A DNA stretch of 24,558 bases from Acutalibacteraceae bacterium (GCA_045649445.1 JAZRPX010000190.1:1-24558), one strand, 5' to 3'. Shown: positions 6,556 to 13,764, counted from the first letter of the stretch. The notes: generated by a model not told the origin, from the sequence alone. Program-made: numbers and translations.

Positions 6556-9441
6556 TTATTTTACCTTAACTTTTTGTATTTGACTCCAAGCAGAATAAGC
6601 TTTTTGTTTGCTGTTTACTATCATTGCTCTAGCTTGCACTTGATAATTTCCTTTTTTGAGCTTTTTGATTGTTTTTGTGATACTCTTTTTAGTAGTAACA
6701 TTAACTGTTTTCCATTTTCCTTTAAGTTTGTATCTTATTTGGAATCCTGTTGCACTATCAACTTTTATGTATTTAACTTTAAACTGTTTTTTGCCTTTTG
6801 TGAGTTTGATTTTAGGAACTTTTAAAGTTAATTTAGCAATAATGCTACCGTTTGCGATAGTTTCGTTACAAGTTTCACAAACCGTATCACCAGTGTAACC
6901 ATCTGTAAAGTAGGTAGTTGCTTTTTCGTTTTTAATTACTAATTTATGACCTAATGCATCGATAACTTCTTGTTTAACCAAAACTTCATTGCAAACTGAA
7001 CAATGCTTACCTTCAGTTAAACCAGTTGTAGTGCATGATGGCGCTACTGCTTTGTCTGTAACCTCTGTATGACCAAGTTCTTTAACAACTTCTTGTTTAA
7101 CCAAAACTTCATTGCAAACTGAACAATGTTTACCTTCGGTTAAACCAGTTGTAGTGCATAATGGCGCTACTGCTTTGTCTGTAACCTCTGTATGACCAAG
7201 TTCCTTAACAACTTCTTGTTTAACCAAAACTTCATTGCAAACTGAACAATGCTTGCCTTCAGTTAAACCAGTTGTAGTGCATGATGGCGCTACTGCCTTA
7301 TCTATAACCTCTGTATGACCAAGAGCGGTGTTTTCAATTTTCCTTATATCTGTTTGTGAGCAACGCTCGCATTTTGCTGTTTCTGTTCTGTCTTTTAAAC
7401 ATGTTTCATCATTATTTGAAGTGTAAATTTTAAAATCATGTAAAACACTATACTTGGTTTTGTTTTTTATTAACTCAGTTATTAGTTCTGCATTTTCACA
7501 GTTAACATTTACCGTTACATTATCATCAAAGTTAAATGCATTATATATAATTCTTGTTGAACTTCCGGTAATATTAACGTTTTCTAGTGAATTACAACTC
7601 GCAAAAGCAAGGTCATATATGGTTTGAACTCTTTCCGGTACTGTTATGTTTTTTAACGATTTGCAATACCTAAATGCATAATGCAAGATATAATTTAAAC
7701 TTTCAGGTAAAGTTATTTCTGTTAATGAAGTGCAATTTTCAAATGCACTTTGATATATATCTGTTATACCTTCAGGAATTTTTACATTATCTAATGAGCT
7801 ACACCCACGAAAGGCAAATGAATCTATAAAAGTTACACTATCTGGAATTATAACTGTTTTTAAATTTTTACAATTTTCAAAAGTGCTCATTTCTATTCTC
7901 TTAATGTTATCTGATAATACAACACTTTTCAAGCAATCCCAACCAGAAAAAACAGCGTCGTTGATTTTTTTAATTTGATTTGGAATTATTAAATCAACAG
8001 TTAATTCGTTGTTTATATAAAAATTTTCAGCTTCGCTTAATGGACTTCCGTAACCAGAAAAATTAACATTGCACCATGCATTGAGGTCTGATATATATAC
8101 ATCAGTTAATTCTGGACATTCTTTTAAGGCGTTATTATAAAATTTTTCAACTGATTTAGGAACATGAATTTCTTTTAAAGACTTGCAGTATGCAAACGCT
8201 AATTCGCCAATCTCAATCGTTCCTTCTGGGATTACAATGCTTGTGATTTTATAGCAACCATAAAATCCACCTTCTTCAATAATCTCAAGATTTTTAGGAA
8301 GATTTATTTCAAGTAATGAACAACCATGAAAAGCATCGTTTTCGATTAAAGTTATTCCATCAGGAAGGTTTATTTCTTCTAACGAGTCACAAAGAGAAAA
8401 AGCACAACTTCCTATTGCTTTTACGCTATCAGGGATTTTAATGTCTGTTAATGCTTTGCAACCAGTAAACATTGATGATTCAATTTCTGTTATACCTTCT
8501 GGAATAACAACGTTATTTAACGTTTCACAATGTTCAAAAGCTGCACCATCAATATTTATTACACTTTTAGGTATTTCAATATAAGATAATTTTTTGCATT
8601 TTGAAAATGCACGAATGCCAATACTAATTAAATTTTCGCTAAATGTTATATTTTTCAATTCGTTGCAATTAGCAAATGCATTTATGAAAATGTATTTTAA
8701 ACTTTTAGGCATAACAACACTGGTTAGTTTTTTGCAATCTTGAAATGCTGACTCGGCTATTGTTATTACGCCTTCTTTGATAGTAAATTCGCCTTCGATT
8801 GTTTCTTTTGCTTTAACAAGATAATTGCCAATGTATAAAACATCATTTGCCCAATTGTTTTCATCATTACAATATGAAGTATTGTCAAATGCACCCATTC
8901 CAAAATTTTTAATATTATCAGGCAAGTTAATATTTTTTAAAGAAACACAATTTCTAAAGGCATAATCGCAAAGGGTTTCTAAATTAGAAGGAAATGTAAT
9001 ATCGCATAATTTTTTGCAGTTATCAAATGCATAATAACCAATTGATTTTATGTTTTCAGGCAAAACTATTTTCTCTAATGATGAACACTTTTCAAAAGCA
9101 TAATTATCAATAGTAGTTACTGTATTAGAAATTACTACTTCAGTTAATGAGGTACAGCCAAAAAACGCTTTTTCACTGATATTAGTTACTCCTGATTCAA
9201 TAACAACTTTTTTTATAAGTTCTTGGTCAGAATACCAAGGCCCTTCATATGAAAAGAACATCATCTTACCAGTGCCGCTTATTGTTAATACTCCACTTTC
9301 TTTATCTAATGTCCAAATGATATCACTGTCAAGTGTGCCACACTCTCCCGTTCTTATTTCTGCACTTACGGGAATGCTTACTAAGGTTAGCGTTGATAAA
9401 AACAACACCAAACTTAATAAAATAGATAACACTTTTTTCAT
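6556..9441 (-). CDS. Secreted/surface protein: signal peptide, BspA-type LRRs, Cys/His-rich tandem repeats, basic C-terminal FN3-like domain
   Basis: Signal peptide MKKVLSILLSLVLFLSTLTLVSIPVSA; many 23-aa I.IP.SV..I...AF..C..L repeats; three 41-aa repeats; C-terminal KVPKIKL...ATGFQIRY...YQVQARA; RBS AGGAGG at 9451-9456. Confidence 0.9.
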   Translation of the reverse strand: MKKVLSILLSLVLFLSTLTLVSIPVSAEIRTGECGTLDSDIIWTLDKESGVLTISGTGKMMFFSYEGPWYSDQELIKKVVIESGVTNISEKAFFGCTSLTEVVISNTVTTIDNYAFEKCSSLEKIVLPENIKSIGYYAFDNCKKLCDITFPSNLETLCDYAFRNCVSLKNINLPDNIKNFGMGAFDNTSYCNDENNWANDVLYIGNYLVKAKETIEGEFTIKEGVITIAESAFQDCKKLTSVVMPKSLKYIFINAFANCNELKNITFSENLISIGIRAFSKCKKLSYIEIPKSVINIDGAAFEHCETLNNVVIPEGITEIESSMFTGCKALTDIKIPDSVKAIGSCAFSLCDSLEEINLPDGITLIENDAFHGCSLLEINLPKNLEIIEEGGFYGCYKITSIVIPEGTIEIGELAFAYCKSLKEIHVPKSVEKFYNNALKECPELTDVYISDLNAWCNVNFSGYGSPLSEAENFYINNELTVDLIIPNQIKKINDAVFSGWDCLKSVVLSDNIKRIEMSTFENCKNLKTVIIPDSVTFIDSFAFRGCSSLDNVKIPEGITDIYQSAFENCTSLTEITLPESLNYILHYAFRYCKSLKNITVPERVQTIYDLAFASCNSLENVNITGSSTRIIYNAFNFDDNVTVNVNCENAELITELIKNKTKYSVLHDFKIYTSNNDETCLKDRTETAKCERCSQTDIRKIENTALGHTEVIDKAVAPSCTTTGLTEGKHCSVCNEVLVKQEVVKELGHTEVTDKAVAPLCTTTGLTEGKHCSVCNEVLVKQEVVKELGHTEVTDKAVAPSCTTTGLTEGKHCSVCNEVLVKQEVIDALGHKLVIKNEKATTYFTDGYTGDTVCETCNETIANGSIIAKLTLKVPKIKLTKGKKQFKVKYIKVDSATGFQIRYKLKGKWKTVNVTTKKSITKTIKKLKKGNYQVQARAMIVNSKQKAYSAWSQIQKVKVK
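6955..7323 (-). repeat. Three in-frame 123-bp tandem repeats (41 aa, LGHTEV.DKAVAP.CTTTGLTEGKHCSVCNEVLVKQEV...)
   Basis: Anchor gaccaag/gacctaa recurs at 6948, 7071, 7194 and 7317, exactly 123 bp apart. By eye about 8 differences between the two right-hand copies and about 3 between the two left-hand copies outside the last four codons. Confidence 0.97.
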
Positions 9442-9475
9442 TATTTAATTCCTCCTTTTAAATATTATAATAAAA

Positions 9476-9636
9476 CAAAAAAGTGCGCAACCGAAGCCAC
9501 GCACTCAAAAAACACATGGCTCTGATTGTCGCGACACAAACTACACTTCCCAGACAGGTATGTAAAACGAGCCTGTGCTTTTATCAACAGACAAAAGCAC
9601 ACACCTACCTTAAGAAATCATTCAGTTTATGTCGCA
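9476..9636 (-). ncRNA. Structured leader/small RNA, copy 1 (four-helix rod + intrinsic terminator); family unidentified
   Basis: P1 9635-9624/9542-9531; P2 9618-9611/9552-9545; P3 9610-9606/9560-9556; P4 9601-9590/9585-9574; terminator AGUGCGUGGC-UUCG-GUUGCGCACU-UUUUU (9505-9477). Homologous to 13516-13678. Mismatches on + are G-U pairs on -. Confidence 0.72.
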
Positions 9637-9641
9637 AGAGT

Positions 9642-9670
9642 ATTTTACCATATTATTTTTAATTTTTCAA
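9642..9670 (-). promoter_or_regulatory. sigmaA-type promoter of RNA copy 1
   Basis: TTGAAA(9670-9665), 17 nt, TAAAAT(9647-9642) with extended TG; same position and spacing as in copy 2. Confidence 0.72.
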
Positions 9671-9767
9671 GAGGAATTAAGTTGAGATTTTCTTCACTGT
9701 GCTTCTCTGGATAAAATGAAGGGCTTATTAGTAAAAAAGCCGAATGAGCAAAATAAAGTTTTTTCAT
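9645..9767 (-). CDS. Unannotated 40-aa ORF MKKLYFAHSAFLLISPSFYPEKHSEENLNLIPLEKLKIIW
   Basis: AGGAGG (9780-9775) 7 nt before ATG 9767; lies downstream of a near-consensus promoter (9847-9819); stop TAA at 9647-9645. Below the ORF-track length cutoff. Confidence 0.5.
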   Translation of the reverse strand: MKKLYFAHSAFLLISPSFYPEKHSEENLNLIPLEKLKIIW

Positions 9768-9791
9768 TTCATTTCCTCCTGCTTGATTAAA

Positions 9792-9814
9792 TTGGTATTG
9801 TTTAGCAATACCAA
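9792..9814. repeat. Inverted repeat at the leftward transcription start
   Basis: TTGGTATTG-TTTAG-CAATACCAA, perfect 9-bp arms. Confidence 0.7.
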
Positions 9815-9818
9815 AATC

Positions 9819-9864
9819 ATTATAGCGGAATTTCCGCTAAAAGTCAATAGCGGATTTCCCACTA
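9819..9864 (-). promoter_or_regulatory. Leftward promoter with two 17-bp operators
   Basis: TTGACT(9847-9842), 17 nt, TATAAT(9824-9819). Perfect palindrome TAGCGGAATTTCCGCTA (9823-9839) fills the spacer; second copy TAGCGGATTTCCCACTA (9848-9864, 14/17 identical) lies 25 bp away. Confidence 0.85.
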
Positions 9865-9904
9865 AATATAATATAAGTATATTAATATTTGAGGAGTAGG
9901 GGAT

Positions 9905-10108
9905 ATGTTGTATCGAAGAATCCGTGATTTAAGAGAAGATAAGGATTTAACGCAAAAACAAATGGGGGAAATTTTATCTTGTAGTCAAAGAGTTTATAGT
10001 AATTATGAAAGAGGGGAATTAGATATTCCAACTGAAATTTTAATTAAATTAGCTGACTTTCACAATGTTACAACCGATTATATTTTGAATAGAACAAATA
10101 AAAAATAG
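9905..10108 (+). CDS. Small XRE-family helix-turn-helix regulator
   Basis: RIRDLREDKDLTQKQMGEILSCSQRVYSNYERGELDIPTEILIKLADFHNVTTDYIL is a typical HTH_3 pattern; RBS GAGGAG 9891-9896. Confidence 0.93.
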   Translation: MLYRRIRDLREDKDLTQKQMGEILSCSQRVYSNYERGELDIPTEILIKLADFHNVTTDYILNRTNKK

Positions 10109-10143
10109 AGCAAAAAGAAAAAATTTTCTTTTTGCTCTTTATT
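10108..10143 (+). terminator. Hairpin terminator after XRE gene
   Basis: GAGCAAAAAGAAAA-AA-TTTTCTTTTTGCTC followed by TTTATTT. Confidence 0.7.
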
Positions 10144-10196
10144 TATGTGTAAAACTGTGTTATAATTATTATAATTTTGATATAAAGGTGAAAAAT

Positions 10197-11387
10197 ATGG
10201 ATTATAAATTTACTGAAGCGATTGCTAACCTTGCTCCTTCGGCAATCAGAGAAATTTTAAAATATTCTTCTGTGCCTGGTATGATTTCTTTTGCAGCGGG
10301 AAACCCTTCCCCTGAAGCGTTTCCATCAAAAGATATTCAAAGAATTACAACTGATATTTTAACAAGCAATTCAATCAATGCTTTGCAATATTCAGTTACA
10401 GAAGGTTATGCTCCACTTCGTGATACAATGAAAAAATATATGAGTGAAAAGCATAATTCATTTAACGCAGATATGGATGAGCTTATTATAACTTCAGGCG
10501 CTCAACAGGTTATGGATTTGATGACAAAGGCATTTGTTGAAAAAGGCGATGTTATTATCACTGAAGCTCCTTCGTTTATCGGCTCGCTTAACACTTTCCG
10601 TTCTTATGGCGCAAAACTCGTTGGCGTACCTGTTGATGAAGACGGTATGAATATCGAGAGATTAGAAAAGGCATTACAAGAAAACAAAAACGCTAAATTT
10701 ATTTATACAATTCCGAATTTCCAAAACCCAACAGGTATTACAATGTCAATGGAAAAACGCAAATCGGTTTATAATCTTGCTAAAAAATACGGCGTGTTGA
10801 TTTTGGAAGATAACCCATACGGTGAAATTAGATTTGCAGGCGAGAATTTACCTAATATTAAATCTATGGATACAGAAGGTATTGTTGTTTATGCAGGTTC
10901 ATTCTCAAAAGTGCTTTCTCCTGGTATGCGTGTTGGTTACGCTATCGGAAACAAAACAATTATCGCAAAACTCACAGTTTGTAAGCAAACTTCTGATGTT
11001 CACACAACTATTTTAATGCAAATGGTTACTGATGAGTTTTTGAAACAAACCGATTTTGAAAGCCATCTTGAAATGTTGAGAGGTCTTTATCGTAAAAAGG
11101 CAAACCTTATGATGAGCTTGATGGATGAGCATTTTGGCGATAAAATTACATATCAAAAAACCGAGGGTGGTTTGTTCGTTTGGTGTACATTACCAAAGTC
11201 TGTTGATATGATGGATTTTTGTACTCGTGCAGTTAAAGAGAAAAAAGTAGCGCTTGTTCCAGGAACTGCGTTTTTAATCAACGAAACAGATGAATGCCAC
11301 AATTTTAGAACAAACTATTCAACACCAACCGACGAGCAGTTAGTTAAAGGTATGCAACTTCTCGGCGATTTGGCAAAGGAGATATAA
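10197..11387 (+). CDS. PLP-dependent class I/II aminotransferase (LysN/Aro8-like)
   Basis: ISFAAGNP, ITSGAQQ, IYTIPNFQNPTG, EDNPYGE, GSFSKVLSPGMRVG (PLP lysine). Start ATG 10197 with AAGGTG RBS; extended -10 TGTTATAAT at 10158-10166. Confidence 0.9.
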   Translation: MDYKFTEAIANLAPSAIREILKYSSVPGMISFAAGNPSPEAFPSKDIQRITTDILTSNSINALQYSVTEGYAPLRDTMKKYMSEKHNSFNADMDELIITSGAQQVMDLMTKAFVEKGDVIITEAPSFIGSLNTFRSYGAKLVGVPVDEDGMNIERLEKALQENKNAKFIYTIPNFQNPTGITMSMEKRKSVYNLAKKYGVLILEDNPYGEIRFAGENLPNIKSMDTEGIVVYAGSFSKVLSPGMRVGYAIGNKTIIAKLTVCKQTSDVHTTILMQMVTDEFLKQTDFESHLEMLRGLYRKKANLMMSLMDEHFGDKITYQKTEGGLFVWCTLPKSVDMMDFCTRAVKEKKVALVPGTAFLINETDECHNFRTNYSTPTDEQLVKGMQLLGDLAKEI

Positions 11388-11388
11388 A

Positions 11389-12396
11389 ATGGAATTTTCA
11401 AATGATAAACAAACTATGCTTAGTATGATTAAGCCAACAGGTCATTTTACACTTGGTAATTACCTTGGCGCGCTTAAGAACTGGGTAAAACTTCAAGATG
11501 AATATAACTCAATTTTTGCAGTTGCAGATTTACATGCTATTACTATTAGAATTGAGCCGGCTAAACTTCGTCAGCAAACATTAACCGCTTATGGCATTTT
11601 AAACGCAATCGGTTTAGATCCGGAAAAGAGCTTGATGTTTATTCAATCAACTGTTCCTGCTCATGCAGAACTTTCTTGGATTTTATCTTGCTATGCGCAA
11701 TATGGTGAAATGCAAAGAATGACACAGTTTAAAGATAAATCTAAAAAAGCGCCTGATAATGTGAATTTAGGTCTTTTCTCTTATCCATCTCTTATGAATG
11801 CAGATATTCTTTTGTATGGCGCTGATGTTGTCCCTGTTGGTGTTGACCAGAAGCAACATGTTGAACTTTGCAGAACAGTTGCAAATAGATTTAATGGAAT
11901 TTATGGTGACACTTTTAAAGTGCCTGAACCAATTATTCCAAAGGTTGGCGCAAAGATTATGAGTTTGCAAAATCCAACTGAAAAAATGGGTAAATCTGAT
12001 ACTAATGAAAACGCTTATGTAAAAATTCTTGATGACCCTGATACAATTATGCGCAAATTCAAACGCGCAGTAACTGACTCGGAAGCGAGAGTTTATTTTG
12101 GTGATGCAACCGAAAAAGCAGGTATTAACAATCTTATGACTATTTACTCTGCAGTTACAGGCCTTGATTTTGAAAAAATCGAGAAAGAGTTTGAAGGGAA
12201 AGGTTATGGTGACTTTAAAGTTGCAGTTGCCGAAGCAGTTATTGAAGAATTGCGCCCTATTAGAGAGCGTTTTGATGAATTGATGAGTGATAAAGCGCAA
12301 CTTGAAGCAATGTATAAACAGGGTGCAGAAGAAGCATCATACTTGGCAAGAAAAACTTTATCAAAAGTAAAACGCAAAGTAGGATTTGTAAAATAG
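11389..12396 (+). CDS. trpS: Tryptophan--tRNA ligase
   Basis: PTGHFTLGNYLGA (HIGH-like), YPSLMNADILLY, VPVGVDQKQHVEL, KMGKS (KMSKS-like). Confidence 0.96.
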   Translation: MEFSNDKQTMLSMIKPTGHFTLGNYLGALKNWVKLQDEYNSIFAVADLHAITIRIEPAKLRQQTLTAYGILNAIGLDPEKSLMFIQSTVPAHAELSWILSCYAQYGEMQRMTQFKDKSKKAPDNVNLGLFSYPSLMNADILLYGADVVPVGVDQKQHVELCRTVANRFNGIYGDTFKVPEPIIPKVGAKIMSLQNPTEKMGKSDTNENAYVKILDDPDTIMRKFKRAVTDSEARVYFGDATEKAGINNLMTIYSAVTGLDFEKIEKEFEGKGYGDFKVAVAEAVIEELRPIRERFDELMSDKAQLEAMYKQGAEEASYLARKTLSKVKRKVGFVK

Positions 12397-12408
12397 AAAG
12401 GGAATTTT

Positions 12409-13188
12409 ATGAGAATTTTAGCGCTTGGCGATGTTGTCGGCAGTGTTGGTTGCAATGCGCTTGAGAAAGTTTTGCCAAGATTAAAGGCAGACAAAAACAT
12501 TGATTTTTGTGTTGCAAATGGTGAAAACTCGGCAGACGGAAACGGAACTTTATCACAAAGTGCCGAAATGCTTTTTTCGATCGGTGTTGATGTTATCACA
12601 GGTGGAAATCATACTTATCGTCGCCCTGAATTTTTGCCTTATCTAGATGAAAATGAGTTTATTATTCGCCCTGCAAACTTTCCTGATAACGCAGCAGGCG
12701 AGGGCAGTTGTGTTTATGATATGGGTAGATGCAAGGTCGGTGTTATAAACCTTTTAGGTGTTGTTTATTTAGAGCCATTAGCAAACCCGTTTGAAACAGT
12801 AGATAAAGAAATTGAAAAGTTGAAAGATGAAAATTGCAACATCATTTTAGTTGATTTTCATGCAGAAGCAACGAGTGAGAAAAAAGCAATGGGCTTTTAT
12901 GTTGATGGCAAAGTTTCGGCGCTTTTTGGTACGCATACTCATATTCAAACAAATGATTTGCAAATTCTTGAAAACGGCACAGGGTATATAACTGATCTTG
13001 GAATGTGTGGACCAAAAAATTCGGTTTTAGGCGTAAAACCTGAAATTATAATTTATAAATTAAAAAATCACCTTCCTGCAAGATTTGAAAATGCAGAAGG
13101 TGAGTGTATTATAAACGGCGCAATTTTCGATGTTGACGAAAAAAGCGGTAAATGTTTAAATACAGAAACAATTTCAATTGAAATATAA
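12409..13188 (+). CDS. ymdB: YmdB-like metallophosphoesterase (TIGR00282 type)
   Basis: GDVVG, NGENSA, TGGNH, RPANF, DFHAEATSEK, GTHTHIQT, TDLGMCG. Confidence 0.93.
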   Translation: MRILALGDVVGSVGCNALEKVLPRLKADKNIDFCVANGENSADGNGTLSQSAEMLFSIGVDVITGGNHTYRRPEFLPYLDENEFIIRPANFPDNAAGEGSCVYDMGRCKVGVINLLGVVYLEPLANPFETVDKEIEKLKDENCNIILVDFHAEATSEKKAMGFYVDGKVSALFGTHTHIQTNDLQILENGTGYITDLGMCGPKNSVLGVKPEIIIYKLKNHLPARFENAEGECIINGAIFDVDEKSGKCLNTETISIEI

Positions 13189-13218
13189 AAACGAGTTCCT
13201 TTTGGAACTCGATTTTTT
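13187..13218. terminator. Bidirectional terminator (GAGTTC/GAACTC family)
   Basis: AAAAA-CGAGTTCC-TTTT-GGAACTCG-ATTTTTT between convergent ymdB and the 92-aa gene. Confidence 0.85.
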
Positions 13219-13495
13219 ATACCACAAAACCATCATTATTCATTGATTCATAAGCCATTCTTGACCCTAAACTATACCCATCTGTAAACACAATCTTTTC
13301 CCAAATAGTTGTCATTTCACTGTGGCTTTCTTTATACTTTTCAAATTGTTCTTTTTGCTTATCTGAAAGCATATTAAGAAATTTTTCTTCGTTTTTATCA
13401 ACAAGTTGCATTGCTTCTTTTAGTTGTTTGTTTTCTGCAATAGAGCGCTCGTTAACCGAAATGTTTCCATAAAATAATTCTTCTAAAACTTTCAT
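13217..13495 (-). CDS. Small hypothetical protein resembling DUF6809 family
   Basis: MKVLEELFYGNI N-terminus and F..GYSLGSRMAYE C-terminus match my recollection of DUF6809; RBS GGAGG 13509-13505. Confidence 0.65.
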   Translation of the reverse strand: MKVLEELFYGNISVNERSIAENKQLKEAMQLVDKNEEKFLNMLSDKQKEQFEKYKESHSEMTTIWEKIVFTDGYSLGSRMAYESMNNDGFVV

Positions 13496-13515
13496 TTAAA
13501 AATTCCTCCAAAAAT

Positions 13516-13678
13516 AAAAAAGTGCGCAAGCAGAGCTTACGCACAAAAAACGCATTGCTCCAATTGCTGCGACACAAGTTTTCGACCAAACATAAGAGAA
13601 TGTTGAAAAAGAGCATGCGTTTTTATGAAAAACAAAAACACACTCTCCGTTGTTTGATCATATTAACTTATGTCGCAA
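13516..13678 (-). ncRNA. Structured leader/small RNA, copy 2
   Basis: P1 13677-13665/13580-13568; P2 GAUCAAACA/UGUUUGGUC; P3 GGAGAGUG/CAUUCUCU; P4 UGUUUUUG/UAAAAACG; terminator GUGCGUAAGC-UCU-GCUUGCGCAC-UUUUUU (13544-13516). Confidence 0.72.
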
Positions 13679-13682
13679 TAAT

Positions 13683-13711
13683 ATTTTAACATATTACTAT
13701 TATTTTTGCAA
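13683..13711 (-). promoter_or_regulatory. sigmaA-type promoter of RNA copy 2
   Basis: TTGCAA(13711-13706), 17 nt, TAAAAT(13688-13683) with extended TG. Confidence 0.75.
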
Positions 13712-13740
13712 GATTTTTTTAAGATTCTTTGCTTTTATAC

Positions 13741-13764
13741 GGCGGCACCAAGGCACCGCCCTAC
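13741..13764 (-). repeat. GTAG-type REP-like hairpin
   Basis: Minus strand reads GTAG-GGCGGTGCC-TT-GGTGCCGCC: GTAG tetranucleotide plus a GC-rich imperfect hairpin. Confidence 0.6.

Noticed and set aside
6955-7323. Regularly spaced repeats as a possible CRISPR array or diversity-generating template
   Set aside because: Contiguous, in-frame, no unique spacers, and no cas or reverse transcriptase gene in the window.
9541-9610. SD-like purine tracts (AGGUAGGUG; GGAGAGUG in copy 2) followed by GUG/UUG inside the RNA, suggesting a leader peptide
   Set aside because: The implied peptides (19 aa versus 34 aa) fall out of frame after the P4 loop and share no sequence; the purine tracts are explained by P3 pairing. 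Not excluded experimentally.
9476-9636. RNA element as a T-box, c-di-GMP, SAM, TPP or similar riboswitch
   Set aside because: I could not find their signature motifs (for example the T-box UGGNACC bulge) by eye; a cmscan is still needed.
9645-9650. Sole Trp codon as last codon of the 40-aa ORF, with trpS nearby (possible Trp attenuation)
   Set aside because: The TGG is required by the extended -10 element, there is only one Trp codon, and trpS is transcribed in the other direction from a separate promoter.
9526-9714. 62-aa plus-strand ORF across RNA copy 1
   Set aside because: No RBS, antisense to the predicted promoter, and no counterpart in copy 2.
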